A stretch of 19,520 nucleotides of DNA from Promethearchaeota archaeon (GTDB lineage Archaea > Asgardarchaeota > Lokiarchaeia > Sigyniarchaeales > SOKP01). The notes beneath the pieces are model-generated. The model had not been told where the DNA came from, did not search any database, and worked only from the letters and a program-made list of their open reading frames with translations. Shown piece after piece: positions 8,675 to 17,312 of the stretch. The translations under genes and the position numbers were made by a program. Within the stretch, counting starts at the first letter, position 1, and each line of letters begins with the position of its first letter. The stretch is taken from NCBI GenBank assembly GCA_008080735.1, contig SHMW01000081.1, positions 1 to 19,520 of the forward strand, written 5' to 3'.

Positions 8675-10120
8675 ATGGAACTTCCGGAAGAACTAAAAAT
8701 TCTCGATGAGAAATTAATCCGTAAATTTGATCAACTCTCTGAGAATAAAATTGATTATTGGGATGTTAGAGCAGAATCTAAATTAGGATCCTCAGTTGAA
8801 TTTACTGATATGAAAAGTAAAGAAGTCTCCTCATTTGAGACAAGTAGATGTGGAATTAGAACCTTCTATAATGGTGGCTGGGGCTTCCTGGTACTAGAGA
8901 ACCTAAATAGAAACGTACTTGAACAAGATTTTAAAAAAGCCATCAAGCTCGCCCGTCTCTCGGAATCATTCAATAAAACCAAGTTTAAAATTCAGGAAAA
9001 AGAACCGCTAAAAGAAAATTTTAATTTAGAAACCAAGGAATCAATAGAAAATATTGGTATTTCTGAGAAGATTGAGATAGTAAAAAATCAAGAAAAAATC
9101 GCCAATGAGTATAGTGAATATATCAAAAATACCCATACTTTATATTTTGACGCTTTTGGAACTAGTTTATATTTAGATTCATTTGGTTCACGAATAACTC
9201 AGAAATTATCAATTTTAAGAATGTTTTCTGCAATATTTGCTCAAAAAAATGGGATTATTCAAAGGGGATTCAATTCTGTTGGTGGACTGGGCGGATTAGA
9301 AATACTTAAAACCCCTAAAGCAGAAGATTTAAGCAAAAGATCTGCGAAAAATGCTGTTGAATTATTAGATGCAAAATCCCCAATAGGAGGGAAATTCACT
9401 CTTATAATGGATCCTAGTTTAACAGGAACATTTATTCATGAGGCTTTTGGACACGCATGTGAAGCAGATTTAGTATTAAACCGAGAAAGTATTTTAGAGG
9501 GGAAGATAGGAAAACAAGTTGCATCAGAAAATGTAACTGTTATAGATGATCCGCGGATGGGAGCAGGTAAAGAATCAGAGTTGCCTTATGAGTTATATGG
9601 AAGCTATTTTGTTGACGACGAAGGAATACCGTCACAAGAGACAATAATCATAAAAAATGGTATATTTAAAAGTTATTTGCATAATTTAGAGACAGCATCC
9701 CGAATGGATCAAGAACCTAATGGTCATGGGAGGGCATCTTCAAGTACTAGCAAACCCCAAGTTAGAATGGGTATTACAAAGTTGGAATCCGGAGATTGGT
9801 CGCTTGAAGAGATGATTGAAGATACTAAAAAGGGAATTTTATGTGAAGATTTTACCTATGGTTATACTGACCCGACAACTGGTAACTTCCAATTTAAAGC
9901 AAAACTCTCTTATAAAATCAAGAATGGAGAGAAAAAAGAATTGATGAGAGATGTCGCACTTTCAGGGATGACATTAGAAGTATTGAATAGAATAAACGCC
10001 ATTGGAAAGAAAATTGAATTTTCTGATGGTAATTGTGGTAAAGGCGGGCAGAGAGTGCGAGTTTCAGATGGAGGGCCATATATAAGAGTTGAGGATATTG
10101 TTGTAGGAGGATTGCAATGA
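8675..10120 (+). CDS. tldD: TldD metalloprotease (catalytic subunit)
   Basis: HEAFGHACEAD, DDEG, GHGR, PQVRM and C-terminal CGKGGQ with the metal-binding Cys. Confidence 0.95.
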   Translation: MELPEELKILDEKLIRKFDQLSENKIDYWDVRAESKLGSSVEFTDMKSKEVSSFETSRCGIRTFYNGGWGFLVLENLNRNVLEQDFKKAIKLARLSESFNKTKFKIQEKEPLKENFNLETKESIENIGISEKIEIVKNQEKIANEYSEYIKNTHTLYFDAFGTSLYLDSFGSRITQKLSILRMFSAIFAQKNGIIQRGFNSVGGLGGLEILKTPKAEDLSKRSAKNAVELLDAKSPIGGKFTLIMDPSLTGTFIHEAFGHACEADLVLNRESILEGKIGKQVASENVTVIDDPRMGAGKESELPYELYGSYFVDDEGIPSQETIIIKNGIFKSYLHNLETASRMDQEPNGHGRASSSTSKPQVRMGITKLESGDWSLEEMIEDTKKGILCEDFTYGYTDPTTGNFQFKAKLSYKIKNGEKKELMRDVALSGMTLEVLNRINAIGKKIEFSDGNCGKGGQRVRVSDGGPYIRVEDIVVGGLQ

Positions 10121-11499
10121 CGGAAAATAACAAGGAGATTGACTATTATCATATTGGAGAGACTAAATTAAAGGAAATTGAACAAAAAAGCAATAAGATA
10201 AAAGCTGCGGAGATATATATCGATTTAAATCGGTATATGAGTATTGAAATTGAAGAAAATGCAATTAAGAATAGTGAAATAGGAACAGAAAATGGAATAT
10301 CAATGCGTTTATTTGACAAGCGAGGTTCTCTCGGTTTTGCATATACGAATCGCTTCGAAAAATCCACATTAGACATGATGCTAAAAAATGCTTTTAAAAT
10401 GATGAATGCGGGAACATCAGATCCTGATTTTAAGGACTTGCCTTCTCATTATGACAATTATCCGAATGTCAAATCATTGTATAACAAAAATATTGAGAAT
10501 TTTGCAATTGAAGAAGCTTCCCAATATGTTGCTGATTTGATTCAAGTATGTGATGAAGATGAATTGGCAATATCTCAGTCGGCGACATTCAAGACAAATT
10601 ATTCGGAAACTTATATATTTAATACGAATGGAGTCGAAACAATAGGTAAAAAAACTATCGCCTCTATTAGTTCAAATATTATTGTTAAAGATGATTCTAC
10701 GGGAGAAACATCTTCTGGATTCGAACGACAATCCGTACGAAATTTACGAGAACTAAACGTAAAGGATACAGCCATTCGTGCCTTAGAGGACGCTAAACAA
10801 AATTTGAATAGACAAAAAATAAGTAACATGAAAGTTCCCGTCGTTTTAACCCCAAAGGGAACCGCCAATTTAATTTTAAGTCCCTTAGCCTCGGCTATTA
10901 ACGCTGAAAGATTTCAATATAAGCGAAGTTTTTTAGTAGGTAAACGAGGGAAGAAAATAGGATCCTCTATGCTCACAGTGGAAGATAATGCATTAATTGA
11001 TGGAGCAACGGGCTCATCTATATTCGATGATGAGGGGGTTCCAGGCAAAAATAAGATGATTGTTGATGAAGGAAGATTCCTCGAAAATGGATTATTACAC
11101 AATAGTTACACTGCTTCGAAAGAGGGAATAACAAGTACCGGAAATGCGGTCCGCTCCTCTTATAATTCCACACCCTCTATAAGCTCCACAAATTTTATTT
11201 TGAAGACTGGTGAACATTCAAAGGAAGAGATGATTCACGATATTAAAACAGGTATATTATTCGATTATACGGGAGACTCGCCGAACATGGCGACTGGAGA
11301 CTTTTCTGGATTAATCTTACATGGCAATCTTATAAAAAACGGAGAGATTTCACATTCGCTCAATGAGACAATGTTTGGGATCAATTTAATTAATCTTTTT
11401 AAGAATATAACGGCCATCTCTAAAGAATATAAGGTATATGGGTCCTTTTGGGCTCCATATGTAAAAATCGAAGAAATGCAGATAATCGGCTCTGCATAA
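10117..11499 (+). CDS. pmbA: PmbA/TldE non-catalytic partner
   Basis: FDDEG, STGNA and TGDFS motifs; no HExxxH; ATGA overlap with tldD. Confidence 0.92.
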   Translation: MTENNKEIDYYHIGETKLKEIEQKSNKIKAAEIYIDLNRYMSIEIEENAIKNSEIGTENGISMRLFDKRGSLGFAYTNRFEKSTLDMMLKNAFKMMNAGTSDPDFKDLPSHYDNYPNVKSLYNKNIENFAIEEASQYVADLIQVCDEDELAISQSATFKTNYSETYIFNTNGVETIGKKTIASISSNIIVKDDSTGETSSGFERQSVRNLRELNVKDTAIRALEDAKQNLNRQKISNMKVPVVLTPKGTANLILSPLASAINAERFQYKRSFLVGKRGKKIGSSMLTVEDNALIDGATGSSIFDDEGVPGKNKMIVDEGRFLENGLLHNSYTASKEGITSTGNAVRSSYNSTPSISSTNFILKTGEHSKEEMIHDIKTGILFDYTGDSPNMATGDFSGLILHGNLIKNGEISHSLNETMFGINLINLFKNITAISKEYKVYGSFWAPYVKIEEMQIIGSA

Positions 11500-11536
11500 T
11501 CTCATTTATTATACTATTATTTTTAGACTTGAAACT

Positions 11537-12067
11537 TTATGAAGCGGTCACATTGATTCGTAGAAATAATATGTTTAGAAAAATAGATTTCGATGGAGAT
11601 ATTACCTCAAAAAGTTCCACGATTATCGTTCTATTTCCTGGGATATAAAATGATATATTTAGTTGTTCCGAAATCCATTCCTCATTATGTTCAAGTGTTA
11701 TGTTAGGAGTCGTGAAATTATATTCTGCATTTTCAGCACCATTCGGCCCTAAGGTTGTTTCATTATTACCTTTAGAGATATTCACAGCAAAAGTTGCTTC
11801 TCTTTCCAAATAATTTCCTATTCCCACATAAAAAGAAATATTTTTACCGATGGTTGCGTTAGTGGGGTAATTGCCCATTTCTTTTTCCTCATTAAGTATT
11901 GTAAAAGTAGTAAAGGGCGGTTCTGGATTTAACACATAATAGACTATAAATCCAGAAACTATGAGAATTCCCGCAAGTAAACACACAGTCACCAATTTAT
12001 CAAAATGCTCAAAACTTTCCTTTAACTTCCGCTTATAGGCACTTTCACTATTATCGTGATCACTCAT
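11537..12067 (-). CDS. DUF1616-like membrane-anchored protein
   Basis: One N-terminal TM helix, then 'EPPFTTFTILN...NYPTN...FYVGIGN' beta-rich domain; 8-nt overlap with the upstream gene. Confidence 0.75.
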   Translation of the reverse strand: MSDHDNSESAYKRKLKESFEHFDKLVTVCLLAGILIVSGFIVYYVLNPEPPFTTFTILNEEKEMGNYPTNATIGKNISFYVGIGNYLEREATFAVNISKGNNETTLGPNGAENAEYNFTTPNITLEHNEEWISEQLNISFYIPGNRTIIVELFEVISPSKSIFLNILFLRINVTAS

Positions 12068-13130
12068 TTTTTTCTAAATCCTTAAACCATTCAATTGTTT
12101 TTTTTAATCCCTCTTTCAAAGGAGTTTGAGGCTCCCAATCTAATAATTGCTTTGCCTTTTTAAGATCAGGACATCTGCGTTCTGGATCATCGATCGGAAG
12201 CGGTTTGAATATGATTTCTGAATTGGAACCGGTCAATTCCAAAATAATTTCAGCTAACTCTAAAATTGTATATTCTTTATTATTACCTAAATTGATAACT
12301 TCCCCTAATGCTTCGTCTCTATCGACAATTTTAAAAAACCCCTCGATCTCATCAATTACATAGGTAAAGGAGCGTGTTTGGGATCCATCACCAAACACTG
12401 TAATATCTAAATCGTTTAAAGCTTGGTGGATAAAATTTGGGATCACGCGTCCAAACTCTGCTCCATAACGAATCCTTGGTCCTGACGTATTAAATATTCG
12501 AACGATTTTAGCCCGCATATTATGCTGGAGTTCATATGCTTTTATAAAAGCCTCTCCCGCGCGTTTCGACTCGTCATAACACGAACGGGGACCTACGGGA
12601 TTAACGTTACCAAAATATGTTTCTGGAGTTGGTACGGCTTCCTCTGGGGGATTTCCATATACTTCTGATGTGCTTGTATAGAAAAAGAGTGCATTATGAG
12701 CTTTGGCAATCCCCAACGCATTCATCGTCCCCAAGGTGTTACTTTTTAATATGGGGATCGGATATTGTCGAAATTCGAATGGAGATGCTCGTGAAGCCAT
12801 GTGCATAATAATATCCAATTTCTTAATGTCTCCAATGCATATTCCTTCAGGATGATTACTAAACCCAAAATAAATCGGTTTTGAAATATCATGGTTTATG
12901 AAACGAAAATTAGCAAAATCCCTCAAATGTTCTATATTTTCAAATTTTCCGGAAGCAAAATTATCTAAACATATACAATAGGCTCCCTGTCGTACTAATA
13001 CATCACATACCCAGGAACCAAGAAATCCTGCGCCTCCTGTAACCAATACAGTCTGATTATTAAAAGATATATTATCTTTTTCTAAGCGGTCTAAAATTTC
13101 ACTGATATCTTTTTCTATATCATAATTCAT
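12060..13130 (-). CDS. UDP-glucuronate decarboxylase (UDP-xylose synthase)-type extended SDR
   Basis: TGGAGFLG, ASRASP, TSTSEVYG, GPRSCYDESKR, GDGSQTRSF and DDPERRCPD motifs typical of the UXS subfamily. Confidence 0.88.
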   Translation of the reverse strand: MNYDIEKDISEILDRLEKDNISFNNQTVLVTGGAGFLGSWVCDVLVRQGAYCICLDNFASGKFENIEHLRDFANFRFINHDISKPIYFGFSNHPEGICIGDIKKLDIIMHMASRASPFEFRQYPIPILKSNTLGTMNALGIAKAHNALFFYTSTSEVYGNPPEEAVPTPETYFGNVNPVGPRSCYDESKRAGEAFIKAYELQHNMRAKIVRIFNTSGPRIRYGAEFGRVIPNFIHQALNDLDITVFGDGSQTRSFTYVIDEIEGFFKIVDRDEALGEVINLGNNKEYTILELAEIILELTGSNSEIIFKPLPIDDPERRCPDLKKAKQLLDWEPQTPLKEGLKKTIEWFKDLEKNE

Positions 13131-13318
13131 ATTAGGATGCTCATTGATTTAATTTGATCAATAAAATATTCAATTGTATTTTATATTTTTTAGTTGTGCT
13201 ATGCGTCGGTTTATTATCATCACAATTTAATTAAAATTAGAATTCTATAAAATTAACAATTAATCAATACCTAGTATTAGATACCTCCAAGCATGCCAAG
13301 GATGCAGGTAGTATATCC

Positions 13319-13930
13319 TTATTGAGTTTTTCTTCCGCAATATTGACAGAATTTTTGTTCGATAGGATATAAATTACCACAATTAGGACATTTTTTTAAG
13401 GAATTTTCCAATATCTGTCTACCTAACATTTTAAAAGCTTTTTCTACATTCTCTCCTGTTTTCGCAGATGTTTTTATTAATTCACCTTGGAAGTTATACT
13501 GCTGGAATATTTTTTGCGCTTTCTCCTTTGAGACCTCCCTCTGATCCTCAAGGTCGCATTTTGCTTCTAATAGTAATTTTGTTTTAGGACTGTTTGGGAC
13601 TGAGCTAATAACTTTCATCCAATCATGCAAGTCAAGTAAGGAATCTTTATTAGTGATATCATACAAGATAAGTGCTCCAGACGCTCCAGATACATATGAT
13701 GGAAGTAAGATCCTGAATTTCTTTTCTCCAGCAAAATCCCAAATATTCAATAGTATGTCCGTTTCATCTATTTCGACCTTTTTTGTTTCAAAATCTACGC
13801 CGATTGTAGATAAAAGATCAGAATGGAACTTACCGGTGGCATACCGCCTAATTAAACTTGTTTTCCCGGCGTTTTTCGCTCCAGCAACCACCACCTTAAA
13901 TTTCAGCAATCTTCTAGAATTTTCGGACAT
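13319..13930 (-). CDS. Rab/Ras-like small GTPase with C-terminal Zn ribbon (eukaryotic signature protein)
   Basis: G1 GAKNAGKTS, G2/RabF1 STIGVDF, G3 WDFAGE, YDIT, G4 AKCD and G5 TSAK; tail CPNC...CQYC. Confidence 0.93.
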   Translation of the reverse strand: MSENSRRLLKFKVVVAGAKNAGKTSLIRRYATGKFHSDLLSTIGVDFETKKVEIDETDILLNIWDFAGEKKFRILLPSYVSGASGALILYDITNKDSLLDLHDWMKVISSVPNSPKTKLLLEAKCDLEDQREVSKEKAQKIFQQYNFQGELIKTSAKTGENVEKAFKMLGRQILENSLKKCPNCGNLYPIEQKFCQYCGRKTQ

Positions 13931-14163
13931 ATTGTTTCTAAATATTAATTTATATAATATTATTATTAGCTTTATTGATTAATAATTTTTTTTTGTTTTG
14001 GATGTTAATAAATTCAACTTCTTAAATTTTCAACAAAAAACCTTTAAAATCATTCAAATTAAAAATCAGATTCTGTTAAAATACTTTATTAAAAGGATTC
14101 AATTTAAATAAAAACGCAAATACATAGATCTAATACATTACAAAGGATTATGAAAGCTAATAT

Positions 14164-14487
14164 TTGACAATGGAGCATATTTTGATTTTCGAAGCAATAA
14201 AAGTCGAGGGACAATGTCCTGTTTATAATGTGGGAGACAGAACAATAATAAAGGGTCCAAATATCGATCTTAAGCATTCTGATGCGGTATGTGTTCACGC
14301 TTTATTTTGCCTTGGGCCGTTCTTGATGGCACTTAGAGAAGGTGTCCCACCAGCTCAGCTAGGACTTTCGAAGAAAAAGAATGGAAATGCATATTTTCAC
14401 TGTTTAGATCCCGGAAAACCTTACACTAACGGGGGAACTGTATTATTTAAGGTATCAACTTCTCAGAGAAAAGAACTACCCAAGTAA
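14164..14487 (+). CDS. TIGR04076-like small Cys-containing protein
   Basis: GQCPVYNVGD, CVHAL and CLDPG...GGTVLFKV pattern. The start is either TTG at 14164 or ATG at 14170. Confidence 0.8.
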   Translation: MTMEHILIFEAIKVEGQCPVYNVGDRTIIKGPNIDLKHSDAVCVHALFCLGPFLMALREGVPPAQLGLSKKKNGNAYFHCLDPGKPYTNGGTVLFKVSTSQRKELPK

Positions 14488-14519
14488 ATTTGATATGTAT
14501 AAATTTTAGCATAAAATAA

Positions 14520-14640
14520 GTATAAAATAAGGAAGGAAGTACTTAGGGGTACCTCCTTCCCTTGAACTCCACCGATACTTTGGTGACTTATTCACCTCTT
14601 TATCTGTTTGAGTTCATATCATGAATATTCAAGTTCCCTT
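14520..14640 (-). ncRNA. Candidate structured non-coding RNA (two hairpins plus U-rich tail)
   Basis: Locally GC-richer island. Nested stems 14563-14569/14610-14616, 14574-14577/14601-14604 and 14582-14586/14592-14596; a second stem at 14529-14542/14549-14562; TATA-like box upstream on the minus strand. Confidence 0.5.
14529..14562 (-). terminator. 14-bp hairpin followed by U-rich tract
   Basis: The minus strand reads AGGGAAGGAGGUAC-CCCUAA-GUACUUCCUUCCUU then AUUUUAUACUUAUUUU; lies between convergent genes. Confidence 0.55.
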
Positions 14641-14659
14641 TTAATTGTAATGTAAATAG

Positions 14660-14673
14660 ATTATAAATTTTTG
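14660..14673 (-). promoter_or_regulatory. Putative BRE/TATA box for the candidate ncRNA
   Basis: The minus strand reads CAAAAA-TTTATAAT, about 25 nt upstream of the GGG at 14638-14636. The AT-rich background lowers specificity. Confidence 0.35.
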
Positions 14674-14771
14674 ATGAAAATTGGTTAAATTTTGAAAATA
14701 TTACACCGCAAAAAAAATCAGATTTGATATATTTCACTTATTTTGAATATTTCTGTAAACCGCTTATAAAT

Positions 14772-17117
14772 TCAAGCAGTTTTATCATTTTTATATTTAA
14801 AGCGGCTTATTTTATATATTTCTTGAGCTATCTTTTTTCCTATATTTTCGATCTGCATTAAATCACCGATATCAGCATTAAATATCGCTTGAAGGGTTTT
14901 CATTTTATCCAAAAGACTTCTGGCTCGCAATGTGTTCACTCCAGGTATTCCCGCAATTATATATTCTAATAGATATGTTAAATCAACTGGTGCCTTCTCA
15001 AATCTAAGTTTTACTGGAGCTTTTTCATGAGTTTGCTCTTTTTTTACGAGATGATATAGAAACGTCGCGGTTTCATCAACATCCGTTGTTCTATACATGG
15101 TTATTCCTAAATTCAAAATAATTGAACTAATTGCGCCATAAATCGCATTTGCATTAATATTCGTATTTTTAAAGGGATCTCCCTCTAAAATAAGAATAGC
15201 ACATTCAAAATTATTACTAAGTTCCATCAATTCCTTGAATAATCGCCCATCTTTAATGGAATCAAGGAAATCTTGACCGCTTTTCCGTTCCACTCCCACT
15301 CGCTCTGAAATTACATAATCACTAACTTCTAATTGCTTCAATACCAAATTTATTCCCATAAGCGAAAGCGTTCTCACGACGGGAGACGCAGTTTCTCTAT
15401 TATCGCATATAATTGTGTATTTGTCTGCTCCTTGAATTTTTTCCGTATGATTTAGATTCCTATTCAAGACGTCATCATCTTCCTCATTCTCCTCCTGTTT
15501 CGAAATATAATTCATTAGACTTGTTTGTTCTTCGGATTCTGATGCTTGCTGAAGCTTTTGTATCTTCTTCAGATTCCTGCGCATATTTGATTCTTTAGCT
15601 TTTTCTGCCCAGTAATATCCCTCATCTCGTGTACCTTCTGCCATCAAAATAAATACCTTCCCTTCCTTCTTACGCCCCGTACGCCCTCTTCTCTGGATAG
15701 ACCTTATTGCGCTAGGTACGACATCGTAAAACACCACCAAATCGCATTCCGCGATATCTAACCCTTCCTCTGCGACGCTTGTTCCTATAAGAGTATTATA
15801 AATCCCCTCCTTAAACTCTTCCAGGAGTCCAATTTGTTGCTTTTGAGTCAATCCCTTATCCGAGCCCTTATTTGCCTGACCTACAAACTTATGCGCCTTT
15901 ACTACTGTATCATCTTTAAAATATTTGACGATATTATTGACCGAATCCCGAAAATGGCAAAAGACCAAGATGCGAGAGAGTGGGTTGTTAATAAGTTGTT
16001 CGCGTAATAATTCATCCAGCTTTTCAATTTTGGGATGGACTATTCCTTTCGCTTGGATTTGATTAGTAAGGTTTATAAGTCGCTTAAACTCATTATCCCT
16101 GAATAATTCTTGAAGTGATTTATTTGCCTTATTTCGTTTGATTTTTTCTTGATTTTTATCTAAATAGTCCTTAAGAGCGTTAATCCCTTGTGTTTCAATT
16201 AATTCGCTCATATGAGAAAGACGGATGGCATTGGCTTGAAGTTTTTTTGCATAAAACAGCATATATTTCTCATCATCATTGCGAGCCCTGGAAATTCTTC
16301 CATTAATCGTCTTATTTAGCTTTAGTAAATCTCTTCGGGTCACTTTAGTAACATCATAGGAATTGAGTAGCTCTTGGTTTTTTAAGTGTTTGTAGATATT
16401 TTTGAGTTTGTCCGAGAGTATGTTTTGTATCTCCGTAAATTCTTTTGGGAGCTTGACCTTAATCCATTCATTATCAACATTATGGATATATGGCTTCACA
16501 TCAGCATCATTTTCCGTACGGATTTCAATATGATCGATGAATAAATTTTGCTTAATCTCTTGAATTTTTTCGCTCTCTGAACCTGGGCTCGCGGTCAATC
16601 CTAAGATTTGAGGATTAGTAGAATTCTCCATATATTTTTGGGCGATAAAACAATACGCATAATCGCCTACTGCTCGATGACATTCATCAAAAATAATTAA
16701 GGATACATCTTCCAAAGTATACTGATTGGAAATAATATCGTTTTGAAGAACTTGAGGTGTCATAAACGCGATCTTTAAATCTTGCCAGAGCTGTTTTCTC
16801 TCATCCGGCGATATAGTGCCGGTGATCGGTCGTAGGGAATCGTGGTTTAAAACCGTCAGACTTCGAAACGACTCATAATGTTGGTTCACTAGTGGCTTGG
16901 TGGGTGCGAGAAATATAACTCGTGAATCTGGCACTTCGGTTAGTCTATGAACCGCAAGCATCAGACCGATTATAGTCTTACCTAAGCCAGTTGGGATAAC
17001 CACCAAAGAATTTTGATTTAAACAACTGATAAAAATATTTTCTTGATAGGATCGCCTGAGCACGGTCTCTTCTTGAATAAGCGGATGAGAGATAAACTCT
17101 TGTTTCTCGGATGCCAT
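14772..17117 (-). CDS. hef: Hef (FANCM/XPF-like) SF2 helicase-ERCC4 nuclease
   Basis: Helicase motifs PTGLGKT, DECH, TASPG, EEGLDI and QRRGRTGR; nuclease motifs DNRE, SDY and ERKSxxD; tandem HhH motifs at the C-terminus. Confidence 0.96.
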   Translation of the reverse strand: MASEKQEFISHPLIQEETVLRRSYQENIFISCLNQNSLVVIPTGLGKTIIGLMLAVHRLTEVPDSRVIFLAPTKPLVNQHYESFRSLTVLNHDSLRPITGTISPDERKQLWQDLKIAFMTPQVLQNDIISNQYTLEDVSLIIFDECHRAVGDYAYCFIAQKYMENSTNPQILGLTASPGSESEKIQEIKQNLFIDHIEIRTENDADVKPYIHNVDNEWIKVKLPKEFTEIQNILSDKLKNIYKHLKNQELLNSYDVTKVTRRDLLKLNKTINGRISRARNDDEKYMLFYAKKLQANAIRLSHMSELIETQGINALKDYLDKNQEKIKRNKANKSLQELFRDNEFKRLINLTNQIQAKGIVHPKIEKLDELLREQLINNPLSRILVFCHFRDSVNNIVKYFKDDTVVKAHKFVGQANKGSDKGLTQKQQIGLLEEFKEGIYNTLIGTSVAEEGLDIAECDLVVFYDVVPSAIRSIQRRGRTGRKKEGKVFILMAEGTRDEGYYWAEKAKESNMRRNLKKIQKLQQASESEEQTSLMNYISKQEENEEDDDVLNRNLNHTEKIQGADKYTIICDNRETASPVVRTLSLMGINLVLKQLEVSDYVISERVGVERKSGQDFLDSIKDGRLFKELMELSNNFECAILILEGDPFKNTNINANAIYGAISSIILNLGITMYRTTDVDETATFLYHLVKKEQTHEKAPVKLRFEKAPVDLTYLLEYIIAGIPGVNTLRARSLLDKMKTLQAIFNADIGDLMQIENIGKKIAQEIYKISRFKYKNDKTA

Positions 17118-17312
17118 AGGAATGAGATTGATTTAAATTCGGTTTTGATACGTCATCTATATTGAATGTAGGTTGATATATAAAATGATAGAGTCTACTG
17201 ATTAACTTAAAATCAATTAATATCTTTTTAATAATTAAACTGCTGAGAGTTTAAAATACCATAAAAGCAGTAAATTTAATTGAAAAAGCATATTATTATT
17301 TTTGAAAAAATT

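Noticed and set aside
14511-14531. ATAAAATAAG repeated twice
   Set aside because: Short AT-rich repeat, explained as the U-rich tail after the hairpin.
14543-14548. TTAGGG (telomere-like hexamer) as the hairpin loop
   Set aside because: Single hexamer, expected by chance.
14500-14622. Possible selenoprotein/SECIS reading (minus-strand ATG ATA TGA ACT... with AUGA near a hairpin; hef also ends in TGA)
   Set aside because: The AUGA is not opposed by a GA to form the tandem G-A core, the helix/AA-loop geometry does not fit, and the read-through peptide has no redox motif.
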